Position numbers and translations under genes: made by a program
Assembly: GCA_029259115.1 (NCBI GenBank)
Contig: JAPDJO010000002.1
Location: forward strand, 18,737 to 82,736
Direction of reading: 5' to 3'
DNA from: Thermoplasmatota archaeon
GTDB lineage: Archaea > Thermoplasmatota > E2 > DHVEG-1 > B18-G2
DNA: 64,000 nt
Shown: positions 1-10,562 of the stretch, one piece after another
Numbering within the stretch: position 1 is the first letter of the stretch
Layout: each line of letters begins with the position of its first letter
Notes under the pieces: generated by a model
What the model saw: only the letters and a program-made list of their open reading frames with translations
What the model was told of the DNA's origin: nothing
Databases searched by the model: none

Positions 1-2088
1 AGATAGGATCCATATCGCATTTCCATCCTTGTCTATAAAGTCACAATCTCTACCATCCGCTACGAATATCTTATCGCCATATATCTCTACATATGCTGGA
101 TAGTCTCCAGCATCCAATTCTTCTATAAGATTCCCTGCAGAATCAAAGATGTATATTTCGCCATCATAACATCCAACAGCGATTAGATCTTTGCTCATAT
201 CAACTGAAGATACCCTCTTGTTATCTACTAGATCTACCAATTTCTTACCCTCGCTATCAAGAATCAAACTTCCATTCTCGTATCCAACTATTACCTTCCC
301 GTCCAGATAATCCAGATCCTCAGCTTCTCTGAACTCCTTTCTCCATTCGATTAACCCTATATCTTTATCCAAAGCTAGCAACTCATTTCTTGTTAAAGCG
401 TATATGTACTTGTCTCCATTGACAATCTTCGGAGAAACATCGTTTCTCTCATCCTTATCCACAACCATACTCCACGCAACTCTCGGAGAAAGCATCTTTT
501 CTTCTAATCTCATAGATCTTGGTAATCTTTCTATCATATCTTTTTCAGACAACCCAAATATCCTGACCCATCCGGCTGGCTCAACGTTTGGCGGCGCCTC
601 AAGATAATTATCTATACGTAGCTCAGTTGCATTCCAAGTTTTCCCTTCAGTATTTCCCCAGAATGCCCATAACCCATTTTCCTTAACCAGATAAGAGTCT
701 GTAACCTTACAATCAGATGCATAATCTCCAATTGGAGGCGTTGACATTATCCTTTTTACAACCTCGACATCTATCTTTCCGTAGTATTTTTTGCCAAGTT
801 CCTCAAACTTGAGATCTCTGTCGCATGGGTAATACTTTCTAGTATAGTATTGATATCCCTCTGTTTTGAATATTATATGGAAAAGCTGGAATAATCTGCC
901 TTGATATATTGCCGCTAGTCTTAACTGCTCTGCCCTAACCTTTTCGTCCATCAGATTGTTTGCAGACCAGTAAAATCCATCCCGAGTTCTCCAGACCTTA
1001 TATCTGTAAAGTCCGAGATCCAGTCTAGCTATCTCTCCTGTTTTGGTATCTCCAATTAGCCATACTGCTGGCCATACTCCGTTGCTGTTATGTCTAAGAG
1101 TATAGATAACGTCATCAATGCTGTTGCTATATTGTATAGCCTTTCTAGTTCTAACAGCTAGAGAGAGACCACTCTTGAACCATGGTCCCTGAGATGCGTA
1201 TGTGGTATCGATAAATACTATACCATTCTCATTCTGGTAGAAGTTTTCATCACTCCAAATGTATCCCGGAGCGGTACTCATCTGGAATCTGTAACCACTA
1301 CTCGGATTTACGTCCAGTATAACATTCCATCTCTGCGCTATGTAATATGGGAACCACCAGCTTACGGCACCAAAGAAGGTTGACTGAGCAATAACAATCT
1401 GACCATTTGTTGTTGCATTTCCTGTTGCTATAAAACCACTACATAAATCTACTGGAGGTTGAGAGAGCATTTCTTTGACAAATTCCATCTCATACTTTTC
1501 ATTTAACTTTGGCACCACTCTTCTTAACGATTCAAACAGAGTTTTTAGAGGATGTATCCCTTTTTGGGGATTTGTTAATTGTTGCATGGTTTCGTACATC
1601 TCGTTGAGATTCAAGATATCCTCATAGGTTACATCTCTCCCAAATATCTTTACTCCTCTCGCTTTGACACCATCAGCTATTCCTCTTATCTCTTCCTTGT
1701 ACTCAGGAGGAAAATCGGGCCAGAATACCTTCATTGCCCTTCTCTTGCAGAAGTTCCACCAAAGCTCGGAGGTTTTGTTGTATAGGCTTGTGCTTGGCTG
1801 ACCCGTAAACATCCCTACTATCGGCATTTTGTGAACAATGTTACTCCATCTGGTTATCATATCGGCTATCTCATGAGCCAAAAGATATCCATGCTGAAAA
1901 CCCCTCTCATAGGGATCTCCTTCTATGTATACATAGATCCACCCTCCGACGTTGTATCTATAGCCTCTGTTTATTGAGAGAGCACTTTCTGTAAAGGAAA
2001 TTTTTGCATCTGTTTCTTCGTGTCCCAAGGAGATAGTTATTGGGGAGAGAATGAAAGCAGACAAGATTATAACAACTGCCTTATACAT
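1..2088 (-). CDS. Secreted C45/phospholipase-B-like Ntn-hydrolase with a C-terminal PQQ-like beta-propeller (3' end runs off the window)
   Basis: Missing from the ORF track; translated by hand from ATG 2088. Signal peptide MYKAVVIILSAFILSP, GDPYERGFQHGYLLA, EEIRGIADG, candidate autoproteolytic nucleophile DL/CSGFIATGNAT, then repeats such as LLALDKDIGLIEW and AVGCYDGEIYIFD. Open to position 1. Confidence 0.75.
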   Translation of the reverse strand, partial: MYKAVVIILSAFILSPITISLGHEETDAKISFTESALSINRGYRYNVGGWIYVYIEGDPYERGFQHGYLLAHEIADMITRWSNIVHKMPIVGMFTGQPSTSLYNKTSELWWNFCKRRAMKVFWPDFPPEYKEEIRGIADGVKARGVKIFGRDVTYEDILNLNEMYETMQQLTNPQKGIHPLKTLFESLRRVVPKLNEKYEMEFVKEMLSQPPVDLCSGFIATGNATTNGQIVIAQSTFFGAVSWWFPYYIAQRWNVILDVNPSSGYRFQMSTAPGYIWSDENFYQNENGIVFIDTTYASQGPWFKSGLSLAVRTRKAIQYSNSIDDVIYTLRHNSNGVWPAVWLIGDTKTGEIARLDLGLYRYKVWRTRDGFYWSANNLMDEKVRAEQLRLAAIYQGRLFQLFHIIFKTEGYQYYTRKYYPCDRDLKFEELGKKYYGKIDVEVVKRIMSTPPIGDYASDCKVTDSYLVKENGLWAFWGNTEGKTWNATELRIDNYLEAPPNVEPAGWVRIFGLSEKDMIERLPRSMRLEEKMLSPRVAWSMVVDKDERNDVSPKIVNGDKYIYALTRNELLALDKDIGLIEWRKEFREAEDLDYLDGKVIVGYENGSLILDSEGKKLVDLVDNKRVSSVDMSKDLIAVGCYDGEIYIFDSAGNLIEELDAGDYPAYVEIYGDKIFVADGRDCDFIDKDGNAIWILS

Positions 2089-2171
2089 CCTATACCACCG
2101 ATCCTCCCAATTTATAAATGCATACTGTTCTTTTCTATCAACTAGCTTATATATTAAATTTTCCTTAAAAA

Positions 2172-2555
2172 TTAGTGCCTCTTGAAATAAAAAACATACT
2201 TTGTTGGTATCCTTCTCTTAATCCCTGACCTATATCCACATTTCCTACATATAAATTCTGTTTTTGTAATCTCTCCCCAAATGTCCTTCCTACCTATTAC
2301 CTCTATCCTATTGTCGCAAACAGGACATCTATCCAGATTGAATATATCCCTACTTTCCCTCGTAAGTATTTTTAGATTTACAATCCCGCTATCTATTGCA
2401 ATCTTTCTCAATCTTCTCTCACCTACCGATTTTCCTCTCAAAAGCTTGGATAACAATTCCTTTAATCTCCTCTGGGACGATATCACTTTATGTTCCTTTG
2501 ATATACTAGATAATGCTTCGACTATCTCTTGCTGAGAAGCAAAATTTCTTTTCAT
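2172..2555 (-). CDS. Basic hypothetical protein with C-terminal Zn ribbon
   Basis: CPVC...CRKC pair, Arg/Lys-rich; co-oriented with the CBS genes. Confidence 0.6.
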   Translation of the reverse strand: MKRNFASQQEIVEALSSISKEHKVISSQRRLKELLSKLLRGKSVGERRLRKIAIDSGIVNLKILTRESRDIFNLDRCPVCDNRIEVIGRKDIWGEITKTEFICRKCGYRSGIKRRIPTKYVFYFKRH

Positions 2556-2578
2556 TCAAATTACTAAAGTTTAATTAC

Positions 2579-3361
2579 CTACTTCAAGGTTTTGATAAGA
2601 TCTGTTCTTGTTACGATTCCATGTAGTTTTTCCTCGACTATGGGTAAACAGCCTATATTTTTCTCGAGCATACGCTTTGCAGCATCCTTAATTTTAATAT
2701 CTGGCTTCGCAGTTATGGCTGGTGAGTTCATTGCATTCTCTACACTAAGTTCCTCTATCTGATGTTTTTGATGCCTATAAGGAATACTTCTCTTCAAATT
2801 AGCGAAAGCTCTTGCTATATCCATTTCTGCTATTATCCCTAAGACCTTACTCTCTCGCACAACAGGCAATCTTGCTATGTTGTTTTCAATCAATAACCTC
2901 CTAGCGTGTATAACCCTATCACTTGGCTCGACCGTTATCACATTCCTGGTCATTATTTCCTTTACTAACCCCTCACTTTTGACAAGAGGTAGCAGATCCG
3001 CTTTTGTGACAACGCCTACAAGTTTATCATTTTCCAAGACAGGAAGCATGGTCAAGCCGGGAAGACCAACAGTTCTTATTATCTCTTTAACCGGCGTATC
3101 AGGACTAACGGTATCAAAATCTCTAACCATCACAGAAGAAGCATGTAGATGGGCAGGGTTTACGTCTCTTTTTCTAAGAGAACCCAACTTATAGGCTATT
3201 TCCCCATCTGTGACAATCCCCACAAGTTTTCCATCTTCTAGTACAGGGATTTTTGTTATATCATGCTTTTCCATTAGATATAATATGTGCTCCAAATCCG
3301 CGTTTTTATCTACATATATCACATCCTCTGTCATTATATCTCTAACTTCCAACTCCTCCAT
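2579..3361 (-). CDS. CBS domain protein (4 CBS motifs)
   Basis: Repeated VxDIMT...xPVV..GKLVGIVTxxD motifs. Confidence 0.9.
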   Translation of the reverse strand: MEELEVRDIMTEDVIYVDKNADLEHILYLMEKHDITKIPVLEDGKLVGIVTDGEIAYKLGSLRKRDVNPAHLHASSVMVRDFDTVSPDTPVKEIIRTVGLPGLTMLPVLENDKLVGVVTKADLLPLVKSEGLVKEIMTRNVITVEPSDRVIHARRLLIENNIARLPVVRESKVLGIIAEMDIARAFANLKRSIPYRHQKHQIEELSVENAMNSPAITAKPDIKIKDAAKRMLEKNIGCLPIVEEKLHGIVTRTDLIKTLK

Positions 3362-3374
3362 CTAAAAACCTCCT

Positions 3375-3917
3375 CTATCCCTCCCTACAATCCTCACACA
3401 AAAACTTACCATCTATCTCAACTAGGTCTGCCGATAATTTTCCACACCCCTCGCATTTCCCGAATATCGATATCTGAGAGGAGACAGTAGGTAAAGCCCC
3501 CTCGATTAAGCTCCACTCCTTGCTTATCTCCAGAAGCGCTGGAGAAATCCTAAAAAGGTCTTTCTCAGTCACGATGCCTGTAAGCTTACCCTTCTCAACA
3601 ACAGGCAATCTTCTTATGTTATGTTTACTCATTATTTTCATCGCATCTTCTATTGTTACATAGGGATCTATGGTTATCAAAGGTGTACTCATAACTTCTT
3701 CTACCTTGACCTTATTGGCATCCCTTCCCTCAGCAACTACTTTTCCAAGTATGTCGCTCTCAGTTATTATTCCTATGGGCTTCCTTTTACTTATGACGAT
3801 ACTGCTTCCCACCTTATTTTTCCTCATGGATTTGGCTACTTTTTTCACAGTATCTGATGGAGAGCATGTTAAAATCTTTGTCCTCATTGCTTCCTTCACT
3901 AGCAAATCTCTTTTCAT
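3375..3917 (-). CDS. CBS pair protein with C-terminal Zn ribbon
   Basis: Two CBS motifs plus CEGC...CEDC. Confidence 0.9.
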   Translation of the reverse strand: MKRDLLVKEAMRTKILTCSPSDTVKKVAKSMRKNKVGSSIVISKRKPIGIITESDILGKVVAEGRDANKVKVEEVMSTPLITIDPYVTIEDAMKIMSKHNIRRLPVVEKGKLTGIVTEKDLFRISPALLEISKEWSLIEGALPTVSSQISIFGKCEGCGKLSADLVEIDGKFLCEDCREG

Positions 3918-3971
3918 CTTATCTCAATATCTGGAAAACCATTAAAATACTTTTTTTATTAAGTAAAATAG

Positions 3972-4484
3972 ATGTCTGCTAGCAATTATGAGAGAGAATT
4001 GAGATCGATACTCAGGGGCGATAAAGAAACTATAGAGATTGTAACAAAAACATGTTCTGAAGACGAGAGGAAGAAATATTCCAAGATACTAGAAAGACCC
4101 TTCGCTACAGTAAGGGCGGCAGGCTCTTATGGAGTGGATTTAGTTGCAGTGAGGGGCGATATCTCCATGTTAATAGAGATTAAATCAAGCATATCTGACA
4201 AGATACATTTCAGTAGTGTGAAAGGAAAACTTCAAAAGCAAGCCCAGAAAATGAGAGAAGAATGTGAGAGGGCCAAAGTTTTGCCAGTATATGCGTTTAG
4301 ATTGAAGAAACAGAGAGGAGATGCATGGAGATTGTTCACTCTTGATATGGAGGGTCTTGAGGGTAAGGCGAAAGAAATACATGATAAATTACCAAAACTC
4401 AAACTCACAAAAGATCGAAATCTCATTATGAAATGGAGTGAAGGTTTACCTCTCTCAGAATTTATAGACATGCTAGCAAAATAA
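3972..4484 (+). CDS. hjc: Archaeal Holliday junction resolvase (Hjc family, Thermoplasmata-type)
   Basis: YERELR, RAAGSxGVDLVA, IEIKS PD-(D/E)xK nuclease motifs. Confidence 0.8.
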   Translation: MSASNYERELRSILRGDKETIEIVTKTCSEDERKKYSKILERPFATVRAAGSYGVDLVAVRGDISMLIEIKSSISDKIHFSSVKGKLQKQAQKMREECERAKVLPVYAFRLKKQRGDAWRLFTLDMEGLEGKAKEIHDKLPKLKLTKDRNLIMKWSEGLPLSEFIDMLAK

Positions 4485-4519
4485 CAAAGTATTTAGATTC
4501 CTATTCTATTTCTCTGAAC

Positions 4520-4957
4520 ATGAAAATATTGATAGCGTATGATGGCTCAGATTCTTCAAAGAAGGCCGTAGAGCTTGTCGGGAAGATAGCAAAGGAAGAT
4601 GATGAAGTCATTCTACTAACCGTCATACCTGCAGAGCTATTGTCATCGACATTCACAAAGATGCTTCTGCCAACCATAGATTTAAGTTCCGTAGCAAAGG
4701 ATAGCTCTTTCAAGGAAAGGGCAGAGGAAACGCTAAGAGAGGCTGCCAAAAAGATAGAGAATAAGGTTGCAAAAATTGAAACAATAGTTGAGACGGGAGA
4801 TCCTGCTGACGAGATACTGGTTACAGCCAAGAGCAAGGCATGCGATCTCATAGTAGTTGGTTATAAAGGCTATGGAAGAGAAGGAAGATTTCTCATCGGA
4901 AGTGTAACAGATAAAGTAGTCAGGCATGCATACTGTTCTGTAATGGTAGTGAGATAG
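4520..4957 (+). CDS. Universal stress protein (UspA family)
   Basis: KILIAYDGS, GDPADEI, DLIVVG, IGSVTDKVVRHA. Confidence 0.92.
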   Translation: MKILIAYDGSDSSKKAVELVGKIAKEDDEVILLTVIPAELLSSTFTKMLLPTIDLSSVAKDSSFKERAEETLREAAKKIENKVAKIETIVETGDPADEILVTAKSKACDLIVVGYKGYGREGRFLIGSVTDKVVRHAYCSVMVVR

Positions 4958-4961
4958 AGAT

Positions 4962-6134
4962 ATGCACCCGTCTGAAGAAATAAAATTCGAGAAGAGTACA
5001 AGCCTCAAGAACAAAAGAATTTGCCTCTGTTTAACTGGTAGTGTAGCCTGTGTAGAATCCTTCTATCTTTGTAGAGATCTGATAAGGCACGGTGCAGAGG
5101 TAAATGTTTTCATGACAGAATCTACAACAAGGCTGATACATCCAGATCTTATGGAGTTCGCATCTGGTAAAAAACCAATTTTAGAATTGACAGGAAGGAC
5201 AGAGCATATCACTTTATGTAGCGATTGTGATCTGGTGATTGTTTCTCCATGCACAGCGAATACAATATCAAAGATTGCCCTCGGAATAGCGGATAATCCT
5301 GTTACTACATGCGTAACTACGGCTCTCGGTTATGGAATACCCGTAATTATAGTACCTGCTATGCATCTCTCTCTGATGAAAAACAAAGCTGTGGAAAGAA
5401 ATATTAAGAAACTCGAGAGGTTAGGCTGTAAGGTCTTGAAACCTAGAATTGAGAAAGAAAGAGCAAAAATAGCAGATAGAGAAATGATAATCGCGAATGC
5501 TATAAGATTGGTTGGCAAGAGAGATCTAGAGGATAAAAATATTCTTATTATAGGCGGAGCAAGTGCGGAAAGGATAGACGATATAAGAGTCATAACAAAC
5601 AGAAGCTCTGGAAAATTTTCTATAGAGCTTGCGAGAGAGGCATTCGAGAGAGGAGCAAACGTTGAGCTATGGTATGGCTGGATGAAAGAAAAGATACCAT
5701 CCTACATTAGAACGAAAGAGTTCGAGAGCGTTAAAGATCTTTCAGATATGGTAAAATACACCAAAAAATTTGATTTTATAATAGTCTGTGCAGCCCTCTC
5801 TAATTACATTCCTAGAGCTTTGGATGGGAAGATACCATCAGGAATAAAAGGTTTAACACTGGATTTGGAAACAGCCCCTACGATTATAGACGAGATCAGA
5901 AAGATCTGCAAGAAGGGAAAAATTATAGTATTTAAAGCTGAAGAAAGAGAGGATAAGTTGATAGAAAAATGCAAAGATCTCTCTAATAACTTCTATATGG
6001 TGGTGGGAAATCTAATCACATCCTTTGGTAAGGAAGATACGACTATTTGGATATTCAAGAAAGGAAAGATGAAAAAGGTAAGCGGAAATAAAAAGGACTT
6101 GGCGAGGCATATAATAGATATCATGGTGAGTTAG
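4962..6134 (+). CDS. coaBC: Bifunctional phosphopantothenoylcysteine decarboxylase/phosphopantothenate-cysteine ligase
   Basis: TGSVA, PCTANTISKIALGIADN, PAMH, IDDIRVITNRSSGK. Confidence 0.93.
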   Translation: MHPSEEIKFEKSTSLKNKRICLCLTGSVACVESFYLCRDLIRHGAEVNVFMTESTTRLIHPDLMEFASGKKPILELTGRTEHITLCSDCDLVIVSPCTANTISKIALGIADNPVTTCVTTALGYGIPVIIVPAMHLSLMKNKAVERNIKKLERLGCKVLKPRIEKERAKIADREMIIANAIRLVGKRDLEDKNILIIGGASAERIDDIRVITNRSSGKFSIELAREAFERGANVELWYGWMKEKIPSYIRTKEFESVKDLSDMVKYTKKFDFIIVCAALSNYIPRALDGKIPSGIKGLTLDLETAPTIIDEIRKICKKGKIIVFKAEEREDKLIEKCKDLSNNFYMVVGNLITSFGKEDTTIWIFKKGKMKKVSGNKKDLARHIIDIMVS

Positions 6135-6136
6135 AT

Positions 6137-7006
6137 ATGGAAGAAAGTCCAACCGTTTTCGTACCAGCTCACATAACAGCATTCTTTGAACCCCACTATG
6201 ATAAAAATCCTCTCAAATCTGGATCAAGAGGTGCTGGTTTTTGCATAAATTTAGGATCAAGAGTCAAAGCATATGTATCAAGATCAAGATTTCAAAGCAT
6301 AGAGATTTTTATAAATGGGAAAAAGAGCGATGCTATCACAACGTTAACCGCTGTTAAAAACATTATAGGAAAAGAACCTTTCAAAGTCAAGATAGACATA
6401 AAGCAAGACCTTCCCACCTCACAAGGATTCGGAATGAGCGGCGCTGGCGCCTTAGGCGCAAGTTTAGCCTTATCTAGCATTTTTGGTATAGATAGGATAA
6501 CTGCTATTAAGGTAGCTCATATAGCCGAAGTCATGTGCAGAACTGGCTTGGGAGATGTTATAGCTCAGGCATTTGGTGGAATAGAAGTGAGGAAAAGTCC
6601 AGGCCTTCCTCCTTGGGGAATGGTTGAGCATATACCTGGGGATTTTGAAATAGTCTTATGCGTGATTGGCAGCAGATTGAAGACAGCTGATATACTGAGG
6701 AGAGAGGATATTTTAAAGAAAATAATCATGAAAGGAAAGTATTGTGTGAATTCTCTTCTAGAGAATCCATCTATAGAGAATCTTCTATCTTTGTCTCAGG
6801 AATTTATGAAATCTACAGGCATAGCAACCGAAAGAATCGAGAAAGCTGTTGATATAGCTAGCAATTATGGCAGAGCATCTATGTGTATGATAGGCAATTC
6901 TGTATTTGCGGTTGGAGAGACACAAATGCTAGAGAATATACTCTCAAACTTTGGTAAAATTTACAAAGCCAGGATAGATCCTTATGGGGCTAGAATTATA
7001 GACTAA
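6137..7006 (+). CDS. Pantoate kinase (GHMP family)
   Basis: FVPAHITAFF, GSRGAG, PTSQGFGMSGA, AEVxxxTGLGDV; directly after coaBC. Confidence 0.88.
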   Translation: MEESPTVFVPAHITAFFEPHYDKNPLKSGSRGAGFCINLGSRVKAYVSRSRFQSIEIFINGKKSDAITTLTAVKNIIGKEPFKVKIDIKQDLPTSQGFGMSGAGALGASLALSSIFGIDRITAIKVAHIAEVMCRTGLGDVIAQAFGGIEVRKSPGLPPWGMVEHIPGDFEIVLCVIGSRLKTADILRREDILKKIIMKGKYCVNSLLENPSIENLLSLSQEFMKSTGIATERIEKAVDIASNYGRASMCMIGNSVFAVGETQMLENILSNFGKIYKARIDPYGARIID

Positions 7007-7590
7007 ATCTCTCTTTTCTTGCCAGAAGCTATTTCGAGAAGTTCTTTTTCTCCATCGGCCGGACCTTTAGCGAAGAGAATATCTCCAGCCAGTATCTTTG
7101 TATCACCATTAGGCCCATATTTCCATTTGTTTCCTCTCCTTATTGCTATCACTGTCATGCCAGTTTCGCTTGCCAATCTTATTTCCCCCAATGTTTTGTT
7201 GCATAGTATGGAATTTTCGGATACCTCAACTCTGGTAAAAACGGTATCAGATTCCTTTATGCTCTCTTTTATGATGGGATGAAGCTCAACATCTCTCAGT
7301 TCAACATCAGCTATCTCTTGAGCAGCATCAGCTATCTGTTCTCCAGAATCTACTAGTCTTAGTAGAACAAGAGATTCGTCCACATCTATCTCTCCTTCCT
7401 TTAATTTATTGAGTATTATCCTGTAAATAGTTTGATGTAGAGAATCGACATAATCTTCGAGATCATATACCTCCTGGGCTATCCTTCTATTATCATAGAG
7501 TAGAGAGGAGTAAGCCAAATCTATCATTAATTCCGATTTATCCTTCACTTCCAGTATCAGATCCTCAAGGTCTACCTCTTTCTCTTTCAA
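7003..7590 (-). CDS. PhoU + TrkA-C (RCK-C) domain protein
   Basis: KDKSELMIDLAYSSLL, EQIADAA, TGMTVIAIRRG. Confidence 0.85.
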   Translation of the reverse strand: MKEKEVDLEDLILEVKDKSELMIDLAYSSLLYDNRRIAQEVYDLEDYVDSLHQTIYRIILNKLKEGEIDVDESLVLLRLVDSGEQIADAAQEIADVELRDVELHPIIKESIKESDTVFTRVEVSENSILCNKTLGEIRLASETGMTVIAIRRGNKWKYGPNGDTKILAGDILFAKGPADGEKELLEIASGKKREI

Positions 7591-8246
7591 TCCAGATCCC
7601 TCCTCTTACCCTTTATGAAATCTCTTAAATTCTTGTACCCATCTTCATCTCCTCTGAGTATCAGAGTATCACCCTCTTTTAATACAGTGTGACTACCTGG
7701 ATCGTAGATCCAATAATCCTTCCTTCTTATAGCTATGATCTTGATTCCGGTTTCAGTCTCTACTTTCAAATCTCCTATACTCCTATTTTTAGCTGGAGAA
7801 TCTTTCGGTATCTTTATTTTGAATATCTTCTCTTCAGCCTCTTTTAGTATCTTAGACAAAAACTTTATCTTATCCTTACCAAGAGAAAGAATCTTGACTA
7901 TATCCCCAGCAGCATTTGATAAAGATTCAGCAGCTTCGGCAACCTGTAATATTCCTGATAGTTTCTCGGCGTCTTCTTTGGTCCTTGCAGCCATCATCGC
8001 TATTAACCTTATCTCATAGTTAAGATGATCCATCCTAGCCTCTAGATACTTTACTTCTTCAGCAATCTCTTCATCCTGAAAAATGAGAGAAGAATATGCT
8101 AGATCTATTATCAATTCGGAAATATTCTTCATCTCTGTAAGAATATCCTTTATTGAAAGGGCTTTGTATTCAACTTCCTCGAACTCGACCTGTCTCCATT
8201 TTGGGGTTTTTTGCAGTCTTCCTAATATACCTAGACGCTTTTTCAT
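7587..8246 (-). CDS. PhoU + TrkA-C (RCK-C) domain protein, paralog
   Basis: MKNISELIIDLAYSSL, ETGIKIIAIRR; ATGA overlap with the downstream paralog. Confidence 0.85.
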   Translation of the reverse strand: MKKRLGILGRLQKTPKWRQVEFEEVEYKALSIKDILTEMKNISELIIDLAYSSLIFQDEEIAEEVKYLEARMDHLNYEIRLIAMMAARTKEDAEKLSGILQVAEAAESLSNAAGDIVKILSLGKDKIKFLSKILKEAEEKIFKIKIPKDSPAKNRSIGDLKVETETGIKIIAIRRKDYWIYDPGSHTVLKEGDTLILRGDEDGYKNLRDFIKGKRRDLD

Positions 8247-8286
8247 CTCAGTACCTCTCTAATAACCTAATATCTTTTCTACTTTT

Positions 8287-9528
8287 TTATATCATCTTCA
8301 GCATTACAAGAACGCTAACGAGACATACAGATCCCACGAGATCTATTACGCTTGTTATTATAGGAATTGTAACGTTATCGGGATCTATCCCTTTCTTGAA
8401 TGAAAGTATAGCTGTATAGTATGTGACGAAATTTACAATGATTGTTAGAATTTCTCCAGCTAGGATAGATACAATCAAAATGTCTGCAAAGGGAAGAGTC
8501 TGAATATCTAGAAGATGAGCTGATAAGTATCCAAATACCGCCACCATAGAGAATACAAATATTGATAGAGTATGAGAAAGCAGAAACAACCTCAGAACAC
8601 CTCTTGAAAATAGTTTCTCGTATTCAAGCGTACCCAAATGCAATGCAGATGATAATCTAGAAGCGAGAATACCTCCTATTGCGCCGCCATCCTCGAGAAA
8701 TGGAGGTATCAAAATCAAAAGACCAGGTATTGCAATGAAACCTTCTATTCTAGATGTAAGAGCAGATCCTGAGAACACACCCAATACTCCACATATCAAA
8801 AGTATTGGTAAACTTTCCTTGACTATCCTCGAATAAATCTCCCTGCTCTTATCGAACTTGATGTAAGGTAAAACGAAAATCAAAATGATTAGTATAATGA
8901 CTAAGATATCTTTTACAGTCTCATCCATACTCATCACAGGTAGCATTGATAGAAACATGAATGGAAGGGTGACCATATCACCTATAAGCGTTATTATAGG
9001 GGCAGTGGTATTGTCTGGATCCCAACCTTTTTTGAAAGAGAGAAAGGCTATCAAAAAAGTCAGAAAGAGCATTATGAATGCTGATAATACGCCTGCTATT
9101 ACGGATATTAAGATCAAATCTTGGAAGGTTGCGGATATTCCCATGATATTGGCGACTATTGCAGAGAGGAAACCAAGGAAAATGCTAGTGAATCCTGTGA
9201 GAGCGAGAGATGAGCTTACATTTTGAGATAGAACGGGATTCATCTTGAAGCTGGGCTCTATCTCTCCAGTATGCAGATATGTACCCAATCTAGATCCTAG
9301 AGATGCGAATATATTTCCTCTCATTCCTATGGTTGGAGGAATGAGTATCAATAAAGCAGGAAGCATCTTCAAGTGGCCTGTAAAAGTACCTATCACAATC
9401 CCAGTAATCAGATCTCCAACGGTGCATAAAAATAATGAGAATAAACTTTCAAAAAAATCTCTACCAAATATACTTCGGGCTATGGAGATGGCTGGAATAG
9501 AGATCGAAATCTTCTTTACCATCTCCAT
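8287..9528 (-). CDS. MgtE/SLC41-family divalent cation transporter (two membrane repeats)
   Basis: GMRGNIFASLGSRL, two xDPDN..PIIT motifs, about 10 TM segments. Confidence 0.88.
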   Translation of the reverse strand: MEMVKKISISIPAISIARSIFGRDFFESLFSLFLCTVGDLITGIVIGTFTGHLKMLPALLILIPPTIGMRGNIFASLGSRLGTYLHTGEIEPSFKMNPVLSQNVSSSLALTGFTSIFLGFLSAIVANIMGISATFQDLILISVIAGVLSAFIMLFLTFLIAFLSFKKGWDPDNTTAPIITLIGDMVTLPFMFLSMLPVMSMDETVKDILVIILIILIFVLPYIKFDKSREIYSRIVKESLPILLICGVLGVFSGSALTSRIEGFIAIPGLLILIPPFLEDGGAIGGILASRLSSALHLGTLEYEKLFSRGVLRLFLLSHTLSIFVFSMVAVFGYLSAHLLDIQTLPFADILIVSILAGEILTIIVNFVTYYTAILSFKKGIDPDNVTIPIITSVIDLVGSVCLVSVLVMLKMI

Positions 9529-9655
9529 AGCATCCCTGCCTTGGATTATCTGCGATTAGCATTCTATTAGGCGGTCTATCACTATCTCCTTTCATAGGCC
9601 TTTAACCGCTCCTTTTTAAAAGTAAGAAATAAAGCCTTTATATAGGTTTTTAAAT

Positions 9656-10561
9656 TTAAGAGAACTCTTTCCTAAACTTCTCCCACATCTCATCTACATG
9701 CCTTTGAAACTTCTTTATCCTCTCTTCATCTTTTTTCGGTTTGAAAAGATGAGCAAATCTCCCCTGAAGTTTGAGCCATTCTTCTACGGGTTTCCTCTTA
9801 AATTTCCCCTCAAATATTGCCTTGCTTATGCCATTAAATGTCATTTTTCCATTTTCATATTCGTATAGAGGCCATACTCCGGTCTCTACTGCTAATCTTC
9901 CCATCTCTATTGTTCTATCCATGCTAAATCTCCATCCAGGAGGACAAGGAGCTAGAATCTCTATGTATTTAGATCCTCTGATCTCTTTTGCCTTACTCAC
10001 TTTTCTATAAAGATCTTCAGGGTAGCTAATACACGCTGTTGCTACATAGGGGATATTATGAGCCCTGACTATCGCTCCCATATCCTTTTGAAATTCTCTT
10101 TTCCCTCCGACTGTTGTTGTTGTCCATGCACCATAAGGAGTGGCCCCACTTCTCTGTATGCCTGTATTTGAGTATATCTGGTTGTTGTAGCATATGTATA
10201 TAAAGTCTGTTTCTCTTTCAAAAGCACCAGACATTGCCTGTATACCTATGTCATAAGTTCCTCCATCTCCAGCCCAGACAACAACATTAATATTTTTCTT
10301 GCCTTGTTTTTTCAAAGCAGAGGTTATACCACTGGCTGCGGCAGCAGAAGCTGCGAATGCTATGTTTAGGAGAGGCACATTAAAAGAACTACTTGGATAC
10401 CAGCTTTCTATGACTGCTGTACAGCATGCAGGAACAACAAGTATCGTATCTTTCCCGAGAGCCTTTAAAACTATTCTTAATCCAATGGTAGCGGGACATC
10501 CGGGACATGCTGCACTACCTGGTAAAACATACTCCTCTTTTGGTAAATCCTTTAAAGCCAT
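9656..10561 (-). CDS. porB: Pyruvate/2-oxoacid:ferredoxin oxidoreductase beta subunit
   Basis: ACPGC, TPP-binding GDGG..DIG...YNN, PCPPGW. Confidence 0.9.
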   Translation of the reverse strand: MALKDLPKEEYVLPGSAACPGCPATIGLRIVLKALGKDTILVVPACCTAVIESWYPSSSFNVPLLNIAFAASAAAASGITSALKKQGKKNINVVVWAGDGGTYDIGIQAMSGAFERETDFIYICYNNQIYSNTGIQRSGATPYGAWTTTTVGGKREFQKDMGAIVRAHNIPYVATACISYPEDLYRKVSKAKEIRGSKYIEILAPCPPGWRFSMDRTIEMGRLAVETGVWPLYEYENGKMTFNGISKAIFEGKFKRKPVEEWLKLQGRFAHLFKPKKDEERIKKFQRHVDEMWEKFRKEFS

Positions 10562-10562
10562 A

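Noticed and set aside
7003-9528. PhoU/TrkA-C pair plus MgtE-like transporter as a novel system
   Set aside because: This arrangement is common in euryarchaea.
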